Shown in pieces: positions 9,633 to 18,262 of a stretch of DNA of 50,887 bases. The stretch spans positions 1 through 50,887 of the forward strand of contig CAZGHF010000002.1 in the NCBI GenBank assembly GCA_964525595.1. Direction: 5' to 3'. The notes beneath the pieces are model-generated. The model was not told where the DNA came from. It saw only the letters and a program-made list of their open reading frames with translations, and searched no databases. A program made the translations under genes and the position numbers. How positions within the stretch are numbered: position 1 is the first letter of the stretch; every line of letters starts with the position of its first letter. Origin of the DNA: an uncultured Candidatus Saccharibacteria bacterium (lineage in GTDB: Bacteria > Patescibacteriota > Minisyncoccia > UBA6257 > GWB1-50-10).

Positions 9633-11396
9633 ATGTTATCAAAGAGAAGTGATATGAGCAAAACTCCACAATTTGATAAAGCGCTAAGGGATTACTATGC
9701 ATCGCTAAAACTGGACGAAAAGGGCGGGCAAGAGCGAAAATGCCGTTTTTCAGGAAACTCATTTTATGTCACTTCAGAAGATATAAGTTTTTACAAAAGA
9801 GTCGGAGAGCCGATGACTACTCTTGAGCCACACGAGCGTCGCCGCGGGCGGTCGGGGTTTATGAATTGTTATAAGCTTTTTAAGAATAAATCTGCAGCGA
9901 CAGACAAAACCATAATTACAATGTACCCGCCGGGGTCGCCGTACAAAATTTACGAGCACGGTTATTGGTACTCGGACAAATGGGATCCCGGAGAATATGA
10001 AAGGAATTACGATCCTCGGAAAAGTTTTTTTGACCAATACGGTGAATTACAGCGGGATGTTCCCCGGCCGAGTTTATTGTCTGACGTGAGTAACGTAAAT
10101 AGCGACTACACTAACAGCAGTAAGAACCTCAAGAATTGTTACTTAACCTTTGACCAGAACAAAGGGGAAAATTTGTACTACCATCAGTGCTGTGAAGATG
10201 ACAAAAATTGCATTGAGTGCTGGGCGCTTGATTTTTGCGAGACATGCTATGGGTGCAAGGTGGGTCACCACCTTTTCAGATGTTTTTACTGCGAACAGTG
10301 CTCTAACTGTTTGGATAGTTATTTCCTTTATGACTGCAGGGGATGCAGTCATTGTTTTATGTCTTCAAACTTGAGGAATAAGAAGTATTACTTTAGGAAC
10401 GAGTTTGCCGGCAAGGAGGAATATGAAAAACGGATGCGTGAGGTGTATCTTGGTAGCAACCGCAAGAAGTTGGTGCTTGAGGAGGAATATGAAGAGTTGA
10501 AGAAAAAAGCGATAAGAAAGCCGGACTGGAATGAAAAATCATCAAATTCTTCGGGGAATTTTATAAAAAATTCCAAAAATATAAAAGATGGTTTCTGGGT
10601 TGTTAATTCGGAAAATATTGTGCACTCCGAAGGGATTTACAATTCGAAGGATTCTTATGATGCGTTAGGTGTATCAGATTCAGAATTGTGCTACGCCATA
10701 GCAAGTCTTTGGGGAGGCAAGAACTATCTCGTAAAGTTTTCCGCACACGTTGATAATTGCCGTGAAGTTGAGTACTCAGAATACCTTAAGAATTGCACAA
10801 ATTGCCTCGGGTGCATTGGTTTGAAAAACAAAAAGTTTCACATTTTCAATAAGGCATATTCTGAAGACGATTACTACAAGAAAATCGAAGAGATAAAAAC
10901 AAAAATGCTTGCAGTCAAAGAATACGGTGAGTTTTTCCCACTGAACCTTTTCCCGTTTTCTTACAAAGTCTCGGATGTTACAAGTTATAGAGGATATAGG
11001 GATTATGAAAATGCCGAGAAGTATGGATATGATATGAGTGACATGCCTGAGACCGCTAGTTCGGTAGAGGGAGAGGTTTTGCGTGCTGATGAATTGCCGG
11101 ATGATATTAAGGATGTAGGTAATGATATTTTGGAGAAAACGATTCTTGACGAAAAAAATAATAAGAAGTTTCGCTATATTAAACCTGAGCTGGAGTTTTA
11201 CAGAACGCATGGCATTGCACCGCCAAGAGAGCATCCGTCAATCCGAATGGATAGATGGCGCGACAGTTTTGAGGTTGTCACAAGAACATTCAGACATTCT
11301 TGCCTTAGCTGCGGCGTTGAAGTTGAGACAATGTATCCTTCTGATGATGACGTAAGGGTGTATTGTGAAAAATGTTACCAAGCCAAGGTGGTGTAG
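9633..11396 (+). CDS. Cys-rich family paralog 6, divergent copy with several zinc-ligand cysteines lost
   Basis: The family scaffold is conserved (SFYVTSEDISFYKR, YKIYEHGYWYSDKWDP, NCLGCIGLKNKKFHIFNKAYSEDDY, FRYIKPELEFYR). However the N-terminal CxxC/CPxC/CxLC/YCxxC positions and the penultimate ribbon lack Cys. An alternative start is the ATG at 9654. Confidence 0.75.
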   Translation: MLSKRSDMSKTPQFDKALRDYYASLKLDEKGGQERKCRFSGNSFYVTSEDISFYKRVGEPMTTLEPHERRRGRSGFMNCYKLFKNKSAATDKTIITMYPPGSPYKIYEHGYWYSDKWDPGEYERNYDPRKSFFDQYGELQRDVPRPSLLSDVSNVNSDYTNSSKNLKNCYLTFDQNKGENLYYHQCCEDDKNCIECWALDFCETCYGCKVGHHLFRCFYCEQCSNCLDSYFLYDCRGCSHCFMSSNLRNKKYYFRNEFAGKEEYEKRMREVYLGSNRKKLVLEEEYEELKKKAIRKPDWNEKSSNSSGNFIKNSKNIKDGFWVVNSENIVHSEGIYNSKDSYDALGVSDSELCYAIASLWGGKNYLVKFSAHVDNCREVEYSEYLKNCTNCLGCIGLKNKKFHIFNKAYSEDDYYKKIEEIKTKMLAVKEYGEFFPLNLFPFSYKVSDVTSYRGYRDYENAEKYGYDMSDMPETASSVEGEVLRADELPDDIKDVGNDILEKTILDEKNNKKFRYIKPELEFYRTHGIAPPREHPSIRMDRWRDSFEVVTRTFRHSCLSCGVEVETMYPSDDDVRVYCEKCYQAKVV

Positions 11397-11421
11397 TTAA
11401 GTACATCACCCACTTAAGAAC

Positions 11422-13122
11422 ATGAATCGAGAAACAAAACAATGCCAAAACTGTAAGCGGGATTTCACGATAGAGCCGGAGGATTTCAAGTTTTACGAAA
11501 AACTAAAAGTCCCGCCGCCGACTTTTTGCCCGGAATGCCGGTTTCAGCGGCGGCTTATGTTCAGAAATGAACGCACTTTTTACAAGCGCGATTGCGAGCT
11601 TTGCGGAAAAAGCGTTGTTGCTCTTTTTGCTCCGGAACGGGGGAGACGAGTTTACTGCCAGCCTTGCTGGTGGTCGGATAATTGGGACGGCACCGATTAT
11701 GGTATGGATTACGACCCCACCCGGAATTTTTTCGAGCAACTTAGAGAGTTAACTCTCAAAACTCCCTACATGTCGCTTATTACGGATTATTCCACGCTTG
11801 TAAACAGCGAGTACACCAACCACGTCGGTTCACTTAAAAATTGCTACCTCGTATTTAACGCCGATTATTGCGAAAATCTTTATTACGGCGCAGTCGTTAT
11901 TCACGCCAAAGATTCGATGGATGTTCTTTGTTTTGGTGAATCAGAGCTTTGTTATGAAGTTATTATGACTGGAAAATCCTATCAGACATTTTTTTCGGAG
12001 GACTGTAATAGCTGTACGGACGTATATTTTTCCAAGGCCTTGAGCGGTTGTGACCACTGTTTTGGCTGTATTAATTTACGTAACAAAAGTTACTATATTT
12101 TCAACAAAAAGTATTCTAAGGAAGATTACGAAAAAGAGATAAAAAAATACAAACTTGATTCTTTTTCTTCCGTAGAAGAACTAAAAAGGAAAGCCCGGGA
12201 TTTTTGGAATAAATTTCCCAATAAGTTTATGCATGGTACTCATAATTCAAATGTTTCGGGGGATTATATCGGCGCATCTAAAAACGCCCATTATATGTAT
12301 CAGGTAAGGCACGTGGAAGATGGTAGATACTGCCAGTTTATTACTCTTCCTCCGGCCAAAGACGTTTACGACCTTACGGAATGGGGAGCCGGGGCCGAGC
12401 TTGTTTGCGATAGCGTTACCGTGGGCGGCAACTCCCAGAATATCCAGTTTTGTTTTGCTTCTTGGTCGGGAGCGGTGAATACCCAGTATTGTATGTTTAC
12501 ACCTTCCTGTCAGAACCTTTTCGGTTGTGTAAATTTGCACAAGAAACAGTACTGCATCTTGAACAAGCAATACAGTAAAAATGAATATGAAACGTTGCGG
12601 AAGAAGATTTTGGCTGACATGGAAAGAAATCCTTACGTTGATAAAGTTGGGAGAGTATGGAAATATGGGGAGTTTTTACCCTATAACCTGAGCCCCTTTG
12701 CCTATAACGAAACCCATGCGGCTCAATTCTGGCCGCTTAACGAAAACCAAGTATCGGAGAAAGGATGGGAATGGCAAGAGCCTGTGCGTAGTTCACATCA
12801 GGTAACGATTCAACCTGATAAAATTCCGGACAGTATTAACGATGTCGATGAATCAATATTGCGGGAGGTTTTGAGTTGCGCTGACTGCAATAAAGCCTTT
12901 AAGTTAGTAAAAGGAGGATACGATATTCTAAAAAGATTCGGTTTTCCAATCCCGCGAAAGTGCCCGAACTGCCGGCATATGGAGAGAATGTCGCGCGTTA
13001 ACCCGCCGCGTTTGTGGGGGAGGGAATGCGCAAAATGTGGAAAAGACATTCAAACATCATATTCCCCGGACAGGAAGGAAATTGTGTATTGCGAAGAATG
13101 TTATCAGAAGGAAGTAATATGA
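11422..13122 (+). CDS. Cys-rich multi-zinc-ribbon protein, paralog 7 (short C-terminal subtype)
   Basis: 566 aa with the full motif set (CQNCKRDFTIEPEDFKFYEKLKVPPPTFCPECRFQRR ... CADC..AFKL ... CPNCR ... CAKCG..IQTSY..YCEECY). Confidence 0.85.
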   Translation: MNRETKQCQNCKRDFTIEPEDFKFYEKLKVPPPTFCPECRFQRRLMFRNERTFYKRDCELCGKSVVALFAPERGRRVYCQPCWWSDNWDGTDYGMDYDPTRNFFEQLRELTLKTPYMSLITDYSTLVNSEYTNHVGSLKNCYLVFNADYCENLYYGAVVIHAKDSMDVLCFGESELCYEVIMTGKSYQTFFSEDCNSCTDVYFSKALSGCDHCFGCINLRNKSYYIFNKKYSKEDYEKEIKKYKLDSFSSVEELKRKARDFWNKFPNKFMHGTHNSNVSGDYIGASKNAHYMYQVRHVEDGRYCQFITLPPAKDVYDLTEWGAGAELVCDSVTVGGNSQNIQFCFASWSGAVNTQYCMFTPSCQNLFGCVNLHKKQYCILNKQYSKNEYETLRKKILADMERNPYVDKVGRVWKYGEFLPYNLSPFAYNETHAAQFWPLNENQVSEKGWEWQEPVRSSHQVTIQPDKIPDSINDVDESILREVLSCADCNKAFKLVKGGYDILKRFGFPIPRKCPNCRHMERMSRVNPPRLWGRECAKCGKDIQTSYSPDRKEIVYCEECYQKEVI

Positions 13123-14876
13123 CAGAAACCAAAACCTGCCAAAACTGTAAACAGTCATTCACGATTGAACCCGAAGATTTCAACTTCTACAAAAAGATTG
13201 ATGTCCCGGCACCGACTTTTTGCTCCGATTGCCGGATGCAAAGGCGGATGCTGTGGCGCAACGAGAGGATTTTGCATAGGAGGAAATCAAGTCTTTCGGG
13301 TAAAGATTTGATTAGTCAATATCCCAAAGAAACTTCTTTCCCGGTCTACGGTGTAAGAGAATTTTATTCCCGCGACTGGGACCCGCCTTCCTTGAAATAT
13401 GATTCAAACCGGAGTTTTCTCGCTCAATTCCAAAGCTTATTATTGAAGACGCCGCGTTGTGCTCTTCTCACGGATATTCAGTCTCTTGATAATGGCAGTA
13501 TTTACCAGAACTCGGCCAGTCGGAACAAAAATTGCTATATGGTCAGCGCTTCGGGAGACAACGAAGATTGCCTTTATAGCAACAACCTCGATTACGCAAA
13601 AAACTCCATTGATTGTCTTTGGTGCCGGAGAGTTGAACATGCTTATGAATGTGTGGATTCAATTGATTGTGCCAGAACTTTCTTTTGTGACGAGTGCAGG
13701 CAATGCGTTGATTCTTGGTTTTTATACAATTGCCGGAACTGTCTTAATTGTTTCGGTTGCGTCGGTCTTCGGAGCAAATCATATTGTCTATGGAATAAAC
13801 AGCTGACTAAAGAAGAATACGAGTCACAGGTCGGAAAAATACTGGAAAGTTTGATTTTAGAACGAGTCCTTGAATTTCAATCAAAGCTCAAAAATATGGC
13901 ACTCGCTTTTCCGAGGAAGTACGCTCATATAGATCCTAAAAGCGCTCCGACTTGCACAGGTGATTACATTATCGATTCTCAGAACGTGTTTCAGGGTTTT
14001 ACGGTTCACGAGAGCCAGAACGTTCGGTATTGTTCCAAGCTCATAGCCGGCAAAGAGTGTCTGGATGTTAACGATTGGGGAGATCCGGCCGAGTTGTGTT
14101 ATGAAAGCATCACCGTCGGTAAGGGCGCCTATAAAGTTTTCTTTTCCTCAAATTGCTGGCCGGAATGCCGAGAGCTTCAGTATTGCGAATCCTGCTCAAG
14201 CTCTCACCACCTCTTTGGCTGCGTGGGATTGAAAAACGCATCGTATTGTATTTTGAACAAACAATATACAGAAGAAGAGTACAATCGGATTGTTCCGGAA
14301 ATAATCGACGAAATGAAGCGGCGCAAGGAATACGGCGAATTCTTCCCGAAAGAATTTTCTCCCTTTCCTTACAACGAAAGCATTGCCCAGGAGAATTTTC
14401 CTTTAACCAGAAAAGAAGCGGTTGAAAAAGGTTTTATCTGGCGGGAGAGCGACAGAAGGGATTATGAGATAACGATGAAAACTATGGATATTTCCCGGAG
14501 TATAAAACAGGTAGATGACTCTATGTTGCGGGAAATTATAGGTTGCGTCCACGGCGGCAAGTGCAATCACGAGTGTGCAACTGCTTTTAAAATTGTATCG
14601 GAGGAACTCAAGTTTTATAGGCGGTTCGGCTTACCCTTACCTCAACTTTGCTTTAATTGCCGGCACGCGGCGAGATTCAACCTGCGGAATCTGCCTAAAG
14701 TTTGGAAAGACTCATGTAAATGCGCCGGTAAAAAATCGGAAAACGGGATTTATCAAAACACCACCGAACACTTCCACGAAGCGGGGAAGTGTCCCAATGA
14801 ATTTGAGACATCATACTCTCCGGACAAAAAAGAAATAGTTTATTGCGGACAATGCTACAACGCTGAAATAATTTAA
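13119..14876 (+). CDS. Cys-rich multi-zinc-ribbon protein, paralog 8 (long C-terminal subtype)
   Basis: The family N-terminus MTETKTCQNCKQSFTIEPEDFNFY begins at the ATG at 13119, which overlaps the paralog 7 stop (ATGA). The 13014 start in the ORF track would add 35 non-homologous residues inside the upstream gene. Confidence 0.8.
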   Translation: MTETKTCQNCKQSFTIEPEDFNFYKKIDVPAPTFCSDCRMQRRMLWRNERILHRRKSSLSGKDLISQYPKETSFPVYGVREFYSRDWDPPSLKYDSNRSFLAQFQSLLLKTPRCALLTDIQSLDNGSIYQNSASRNKNCYMVSASGDNEDCLYSNNLDYAKNSIDCLWCRRVEHAYECVDSIDCARTFFCDECRQCVDSWFLYNCRNCLNCFGCVGLRSKSYCLWNKQLTKEEYESQVGKILESLILERVLEFQSKLKNMALAFPRKYAHIDPKSAPTCTGDYIIDSQNVFQGFTVHESQNVRYCSKLIAGKECLDVNDWGDPAELCYESITVGKGAYKVFFSSNCWPECRELQYCESCSSSHHLFGCVGLKNASYCILNKQYTEEEYNRIVPEIIDEMKRRKEYGEFFPKEFSPFPYNESIAQENFPLTRKEAVEKGFIWRESDRRDYEITMKTMDISRSIKQVDDSMLREIIGCVHGGKCNHECATAFKIVSEELKFYRRFGLPLPQLCFNCRHAARFNLRNLPKVWKDSCKCAGKKSENGIYQNTTEHFHEAGKCPNEFETSYSPDKKEIVYCGQCYNAEII

Positions 14877-15170
14877 ATGACTTTCAAGATTTACAATAAG
14901 AACTACAACATTCGGGATTTAGTGAGAAAGCTGGGATACAAGCCGTTGGGGTATACGCCGAAAGGTGAGTTAAACTGCGTGCGGCCCCTGGGCGGCGATT
15001 ATCCGCGCTTCCATATTTACCTGAAGAAGGATAAAGATATCATTACTTTCAATATCCACCTTGACCAAAAGAAGCCGATTTACAAGGGTGTAACCGCCCA
15101 CAGCGGCGACTATGACGGCGAGGTGGTTGAAGGCGAGGTTCAGCGAATTAAGGATATAATTTTTAGATGA
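14877..15170 (+). CDS. Hypothetical 97-aa protein, translationally abutting the last paralog
   Basis: The ORF starts directly after the paralog 8 stop (TAAATG). I recognise no family motif. Confidence 0.5.
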   Translation: MTFKIYNKNYNIRDLVRKLGYKPLGYTPKGELNCVRPLGGDYPRFHIYLKKDKDIITFNIHLDQKKPIYKGVTAHSGDYDGEVVEGEVQRIKDIIFR

Positions 15171-15196
15171 AACCCGAAGTTAAAAATTGCTCAAGA

Positions 15197-16933
15197 TTAA
15201 TTATCTGCAAAAACTCCTTTAAGTGAAAAGTTTTTTAATTCAATTTCAGTATCAAAAGCCCCTATTATTTCCCAAGCGGTGTCAATGTGAACCAGCTCAT
15301 AATCGGTAAAATCAATATCTGTACCAAATTTGGCATTGTAATAATTGATTCCATCTTCAGCAAACTTTTTCAAATCAACATTATAGTTTAACCACTGCCC
15401 TTCTTTTAGGATGGGGTGCGTGTTGTCAACGGAAGATATGATATTGCGCATTGGCGGATGATACATTGGAATTCCATTACCGTCATTCATTATATATTCT
15501 CCACTATTTGATGCGCATTCTTTATTCCCGGATTCTCCACGATCATATGCTCCTCGCCACCAATGCTTGCTGCAAGAATCTATTAACAGCCAGTACAGAT
15601 TCTGTGGACCATAACCTTCTCCTTTAAGTTTTAATAGAAAAACAATCCCGAATCCACCGTATCTATCAATGATTGCGCCATATTTTGTACATTTTTGTTC
15701 GAAGATAGTTGGTTCAAACTTGTTCAGTCTTACACTTAAGCTAAAGTTTAGCTCCTCAAAGTCAGTAAAATCTATGGATGTTTGTTGTTTTAGGCCGTAA
15801 TAGGTCCAGCTTTTTCTCGGCGGAGTGCTTTTATAACTAGTGATAATACAACCTTCTTTTTCTTCTGCGCTGGTATCTAGCTCAAGCTTTATCCTGCCGT
15901 CTTTGTAGGAAGAAATCTTTTTGTGTCCTCCCTCTGATTCAAATATTATTATCGGCTCTGTTGACTTAGGATTAGGAAGATTTTGGCAAAGATGAGTTTC
16001 GGTAGCTACTTCTGAAACTGCCCAGGCAGGTTCCTGCTCGCCAATAGGCATTTCGCACCATTGGTCCTGAGGAACATTACTTTCTGTGAATTCACCAAAT
16101 CCCCACTCAAATTTAGTGTCCTTAATAAGTTCTATTTCTTCATCCTTGGGCCTACATTCAGCGTTATAACATACATAGCCGTCAGAACAGGATTTGGGTT
16201 CATAAAATTCGTCGGTGCAACATTCATAAGGACAATCTGCCTCTACAACCACATCTTCTTTTCCGACAGATTTAATTTCAACATCATCTATTAAAAATTC
16301 TGAATTAGCAATAACGGAAAAAGAAACTGCGCCGGAGAGAATAGGGGCTTCTACGTCTTCATGTTTTATTAAAAAGTTGTCATCCAAATAAATGTTAATG
16401 ATATTATCACGAACTTTTATCTCAAGCGTGTGCCAATCCCTATAATGATCAAAATTAACTCTATGGGATATTAAATTATGGTTTGCATTGATTTGTTTGC
16501 TCAAATTTATTGCCGTTCCCTTATCATTTCCCAAACCAATCCAATATGTACTGTTCTCCTCTTCTGAGCGATATTCCCTAAAATTAACTATCATTGAACC
16601 CTTTATCCTCTTGAATCTGAATTTTAAACTGTAATCTTTCAAATCTTTATCAACCCTTGCCCAATAGGGACCCACAGCTCTTAAAACCTTGTTGTCGTCC
16701 ACTTTTTCTATATTTGCCTTGGCTGATTTTGATTCGCCATTGTGATAAAAAGACCAAGCACTTTTCTTTCTGTTAAAATTATCGCTGAAGTAAGTTCCTT
16801 CATCAGGTTCTTCTCCATTGTTTTGAGTGAGGAGGAAATATACACTAATGGCTAATACAATTACCAATATTAAAATTCCTAATTTTAAAGTCGTTTTTCT
16901 CATGTTATTCCTATAGTCCTTATATTTTACCAT
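15197..16933 (-). CDS. Membrane-anchored extracytoplasmic protein with a concanavalin/LamG-like (DUF1080-like) domain
   Basis: One N-terminal TM helix (LKLGILILVIVLAISVYFLL). A jelly-roll-like segment follows (WSFY...VLRAVGPYWARV...YSLKFRFKRI...WHTLEIKV.DN.INIYLDD...GAVSFSV...IDDVEI), then a Cys-rich linker. Confidence 0.4.
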   Translation of the reverse strand: MVKYKDYRNNMRKTTLKLGILILVIVLAISVYFLLTQNNGEEPDEGTYFSDNFNRKKSAWSFYHNGESKSAKANIEKVDDNKVLRAVGPYWARVDKDLKDYSLKFRFKRIKGSMIVNFREYRSEEENSTYWIGLGNDKGTAINLSKQINANHNLISHRVNFDHYRDWHTLEIKVRDNIINIYLDDNFLIKHEDVEAPILSGAVSFSVIANSEFLIDDVEIKSVGKEDVVVEADCPYECCTDEFYEPKSCSDGYVCYNAECRPKDEEIELIKDTKFEWGFGEFTESNVPQDQWCEMPIGEQEPAWAVSEVATETHLCQNLPNPKSTEPIIIFESEGGHKKISSYKDGRIKLELDTSAEEKEGCIITSYKSTPPRKSWTYYGLKQQTSIDFTDFEELNFSLSVRLNKFEPTIFEQKCTKYGAIIDRYGGFGIVFLLKLKGEGYGPQNLYWLLIDSCSKHWWRGAYDRGESGNKECASNSGEYIMNDGNGIPMYHPPMRNIISSVDNTHPILKEGQWLNYNVDLKKFAEDGINYYNAKFGTDIDFTDYELVHIDTAWEIIGAFDTEIELKNFSLKGVFADN

Positions 16934-17005
16934 ACCAATACGAAAATAAACGGCTCAGTTTAGAGCTGAGTTGTAAGCCCCTATTTCTTTTGCTAAAATA
17001 GGTGA

Positions 17006-18259
17006 ATGCTGCAATCTGAACTTTTTACAAGAACCTTAAAGGAGGCTCCAAAAGATGAAGTAAGTGCGAACGCCAAGCTCTTAACGAGGGGCGGTTTTAT
17101 CTATAAAAATTCGGCCGGGGTCTATACCTATCTGCCGCTCGGCTGGCGGGTAATAAGGAAGATTGCCGACATTATTCGCGAAGAGATGAACGCCATCGGC
17201 GGTGAGGAAATGTTCATGCCGGCAATGGTGGAGAAAAAATACTGGGATGCCTCGGGTCGCTGGGACTTGGAAGTCGGTTTTGAAGCCAAAGGCAAGAAGG
17301 AAAAGAACTCGAACTTTATCCTTGGCTGGAGTCACGAGGAAGTGCTCGCAGAGATTGCTTCCAAGTACATTAGTTCTTACGAGGACCTGCCTTTTTATGC
17401 CTACCAGATTCAGACTAAATTCCGGAACGAGTCCCGGGCTAAATCGGGTCTTCTTCGGGGGCGGGAGTTTATGATGAAGGATTTGTACAGTTTTCACACT
17501 TCGGAAAAGGATCTTTTTCGCTATTACGAAGAAGTTAAGAAGGCGTATCTCAAAATCTTCAACCGGTGCGGCCTGAAAGCGATTTATACTACCGCCGCTG
17601 GCGGCGATTTTACGCTTTCAGACACCCATGAATTTCAGGTCGCAACGGAGACGGGCGAGGATGAGATTATTCTCTGTCGGCTCTGCGGCTTTGCCGAGAA
17701 TAAGGAAATCACCAAGTATAAAGCGAAAGAACGCTGTCCCAAGTGCAATAAGGGTGTTCTTGAGAAGCTCAGAACCGTTGAAGTGGGAAATATTTTCCCG
17801 CTTGGCACCAAATATGCAGAGGCTTTCAATCTTCAGTTTACGACGAAAGAAGGGAGAAAGAAGCACGTGGTAATGGGTTCTTACGGTATCGGTCTCGGCC
17901 GGGTGATGGGTACGATTGTGGAGGTTTATCATGACAAGGAGGGGATTATCTGGTCGGAGTCAGTTGCTCCTTTTCTGGTCCATCTCCTTTTGGTCGGAGA
18001 GGCAACGGCGGATTTGAAGAAAAAAACTCTTGACGTTTACAATAAATTTAAGAAAGCCGGCGTTGAAGTGCTCTATGACGACCGCGAGGGAGTTTCGGCC
18101 GGCGAGAAATTTGCCGATGCCGACTTGCTTGGTATTCCTTACCGTCTGGTTGTGAGTGAGAAAACAATTGTTCAGAACAAAATTGAAATCAAGAAAAGAA
18201 ATGAGGATAAAGCAAAATTAGTAAAGCCGGAAGAATTGTTACAAGTCATAAATCAATAG
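17006..18259 (+). CDS. proS: Prolyl-tRNA synthetase, short form lacking the INS editing domain
   Basis: Class II ProRS N-terminus (FTRTLKEAP.DE.S.NAKLLTRGGFI...GVYTYLPLGWRV). C-terminal anticodon-binding domain (LYDDREGVSAGEKFADADLLGIPYRLVVSEK). Only 417 aa long. Confidence 0.85.
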   Translation: MLQSELFTRTLKEAPKDEVSANAKLLTRGGFIYKNSAGVYTYLPLGWRVIRKIADIIREEMNAIGGEEMFMPAMVEKKYWDASGRWDLEVGFEAKGKKEKNSNFILGWSHEEVLAEIASKYISSYEDLPFYAYQIQTKFRNESRAKSGLLRGREFMMKDLYSFHTSEKDLFRYYEEVKKAYLKIFNRCGLKAIYTTAAGGDFTLSDTHEFQVATETGEDEIILCRLCGFAENKEITKYKAKERCPKCNKGVLEKLRTVEVGNIFPLGTKYAEAFNLQFTTKEGRKKHVVMGSYGIGLGRVMGTIVEVYHDKEGIIWSESVAPFLVHLLLVGEATADLKKKTLDVYNKFKKAGVEVLYDDREGVSAGEKFADADLLGIPYRLVVSEKTIVQNKIEIKKRNEDKAKLVKPEELLQVINQ

Positions 18260-18262
18260 TCA

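Noticed and set aside
13014-13118. N-terminal extension of paralog 8 from the ATG at 13014.
   Set aside because: The 35 extra residues lie inside paralog 7 in another frame and have no counterpart in the family. The conserved N-terminus MTETKTCQNCKQ starts at 13119 with the ATGA overlap that is also seen at 7910.
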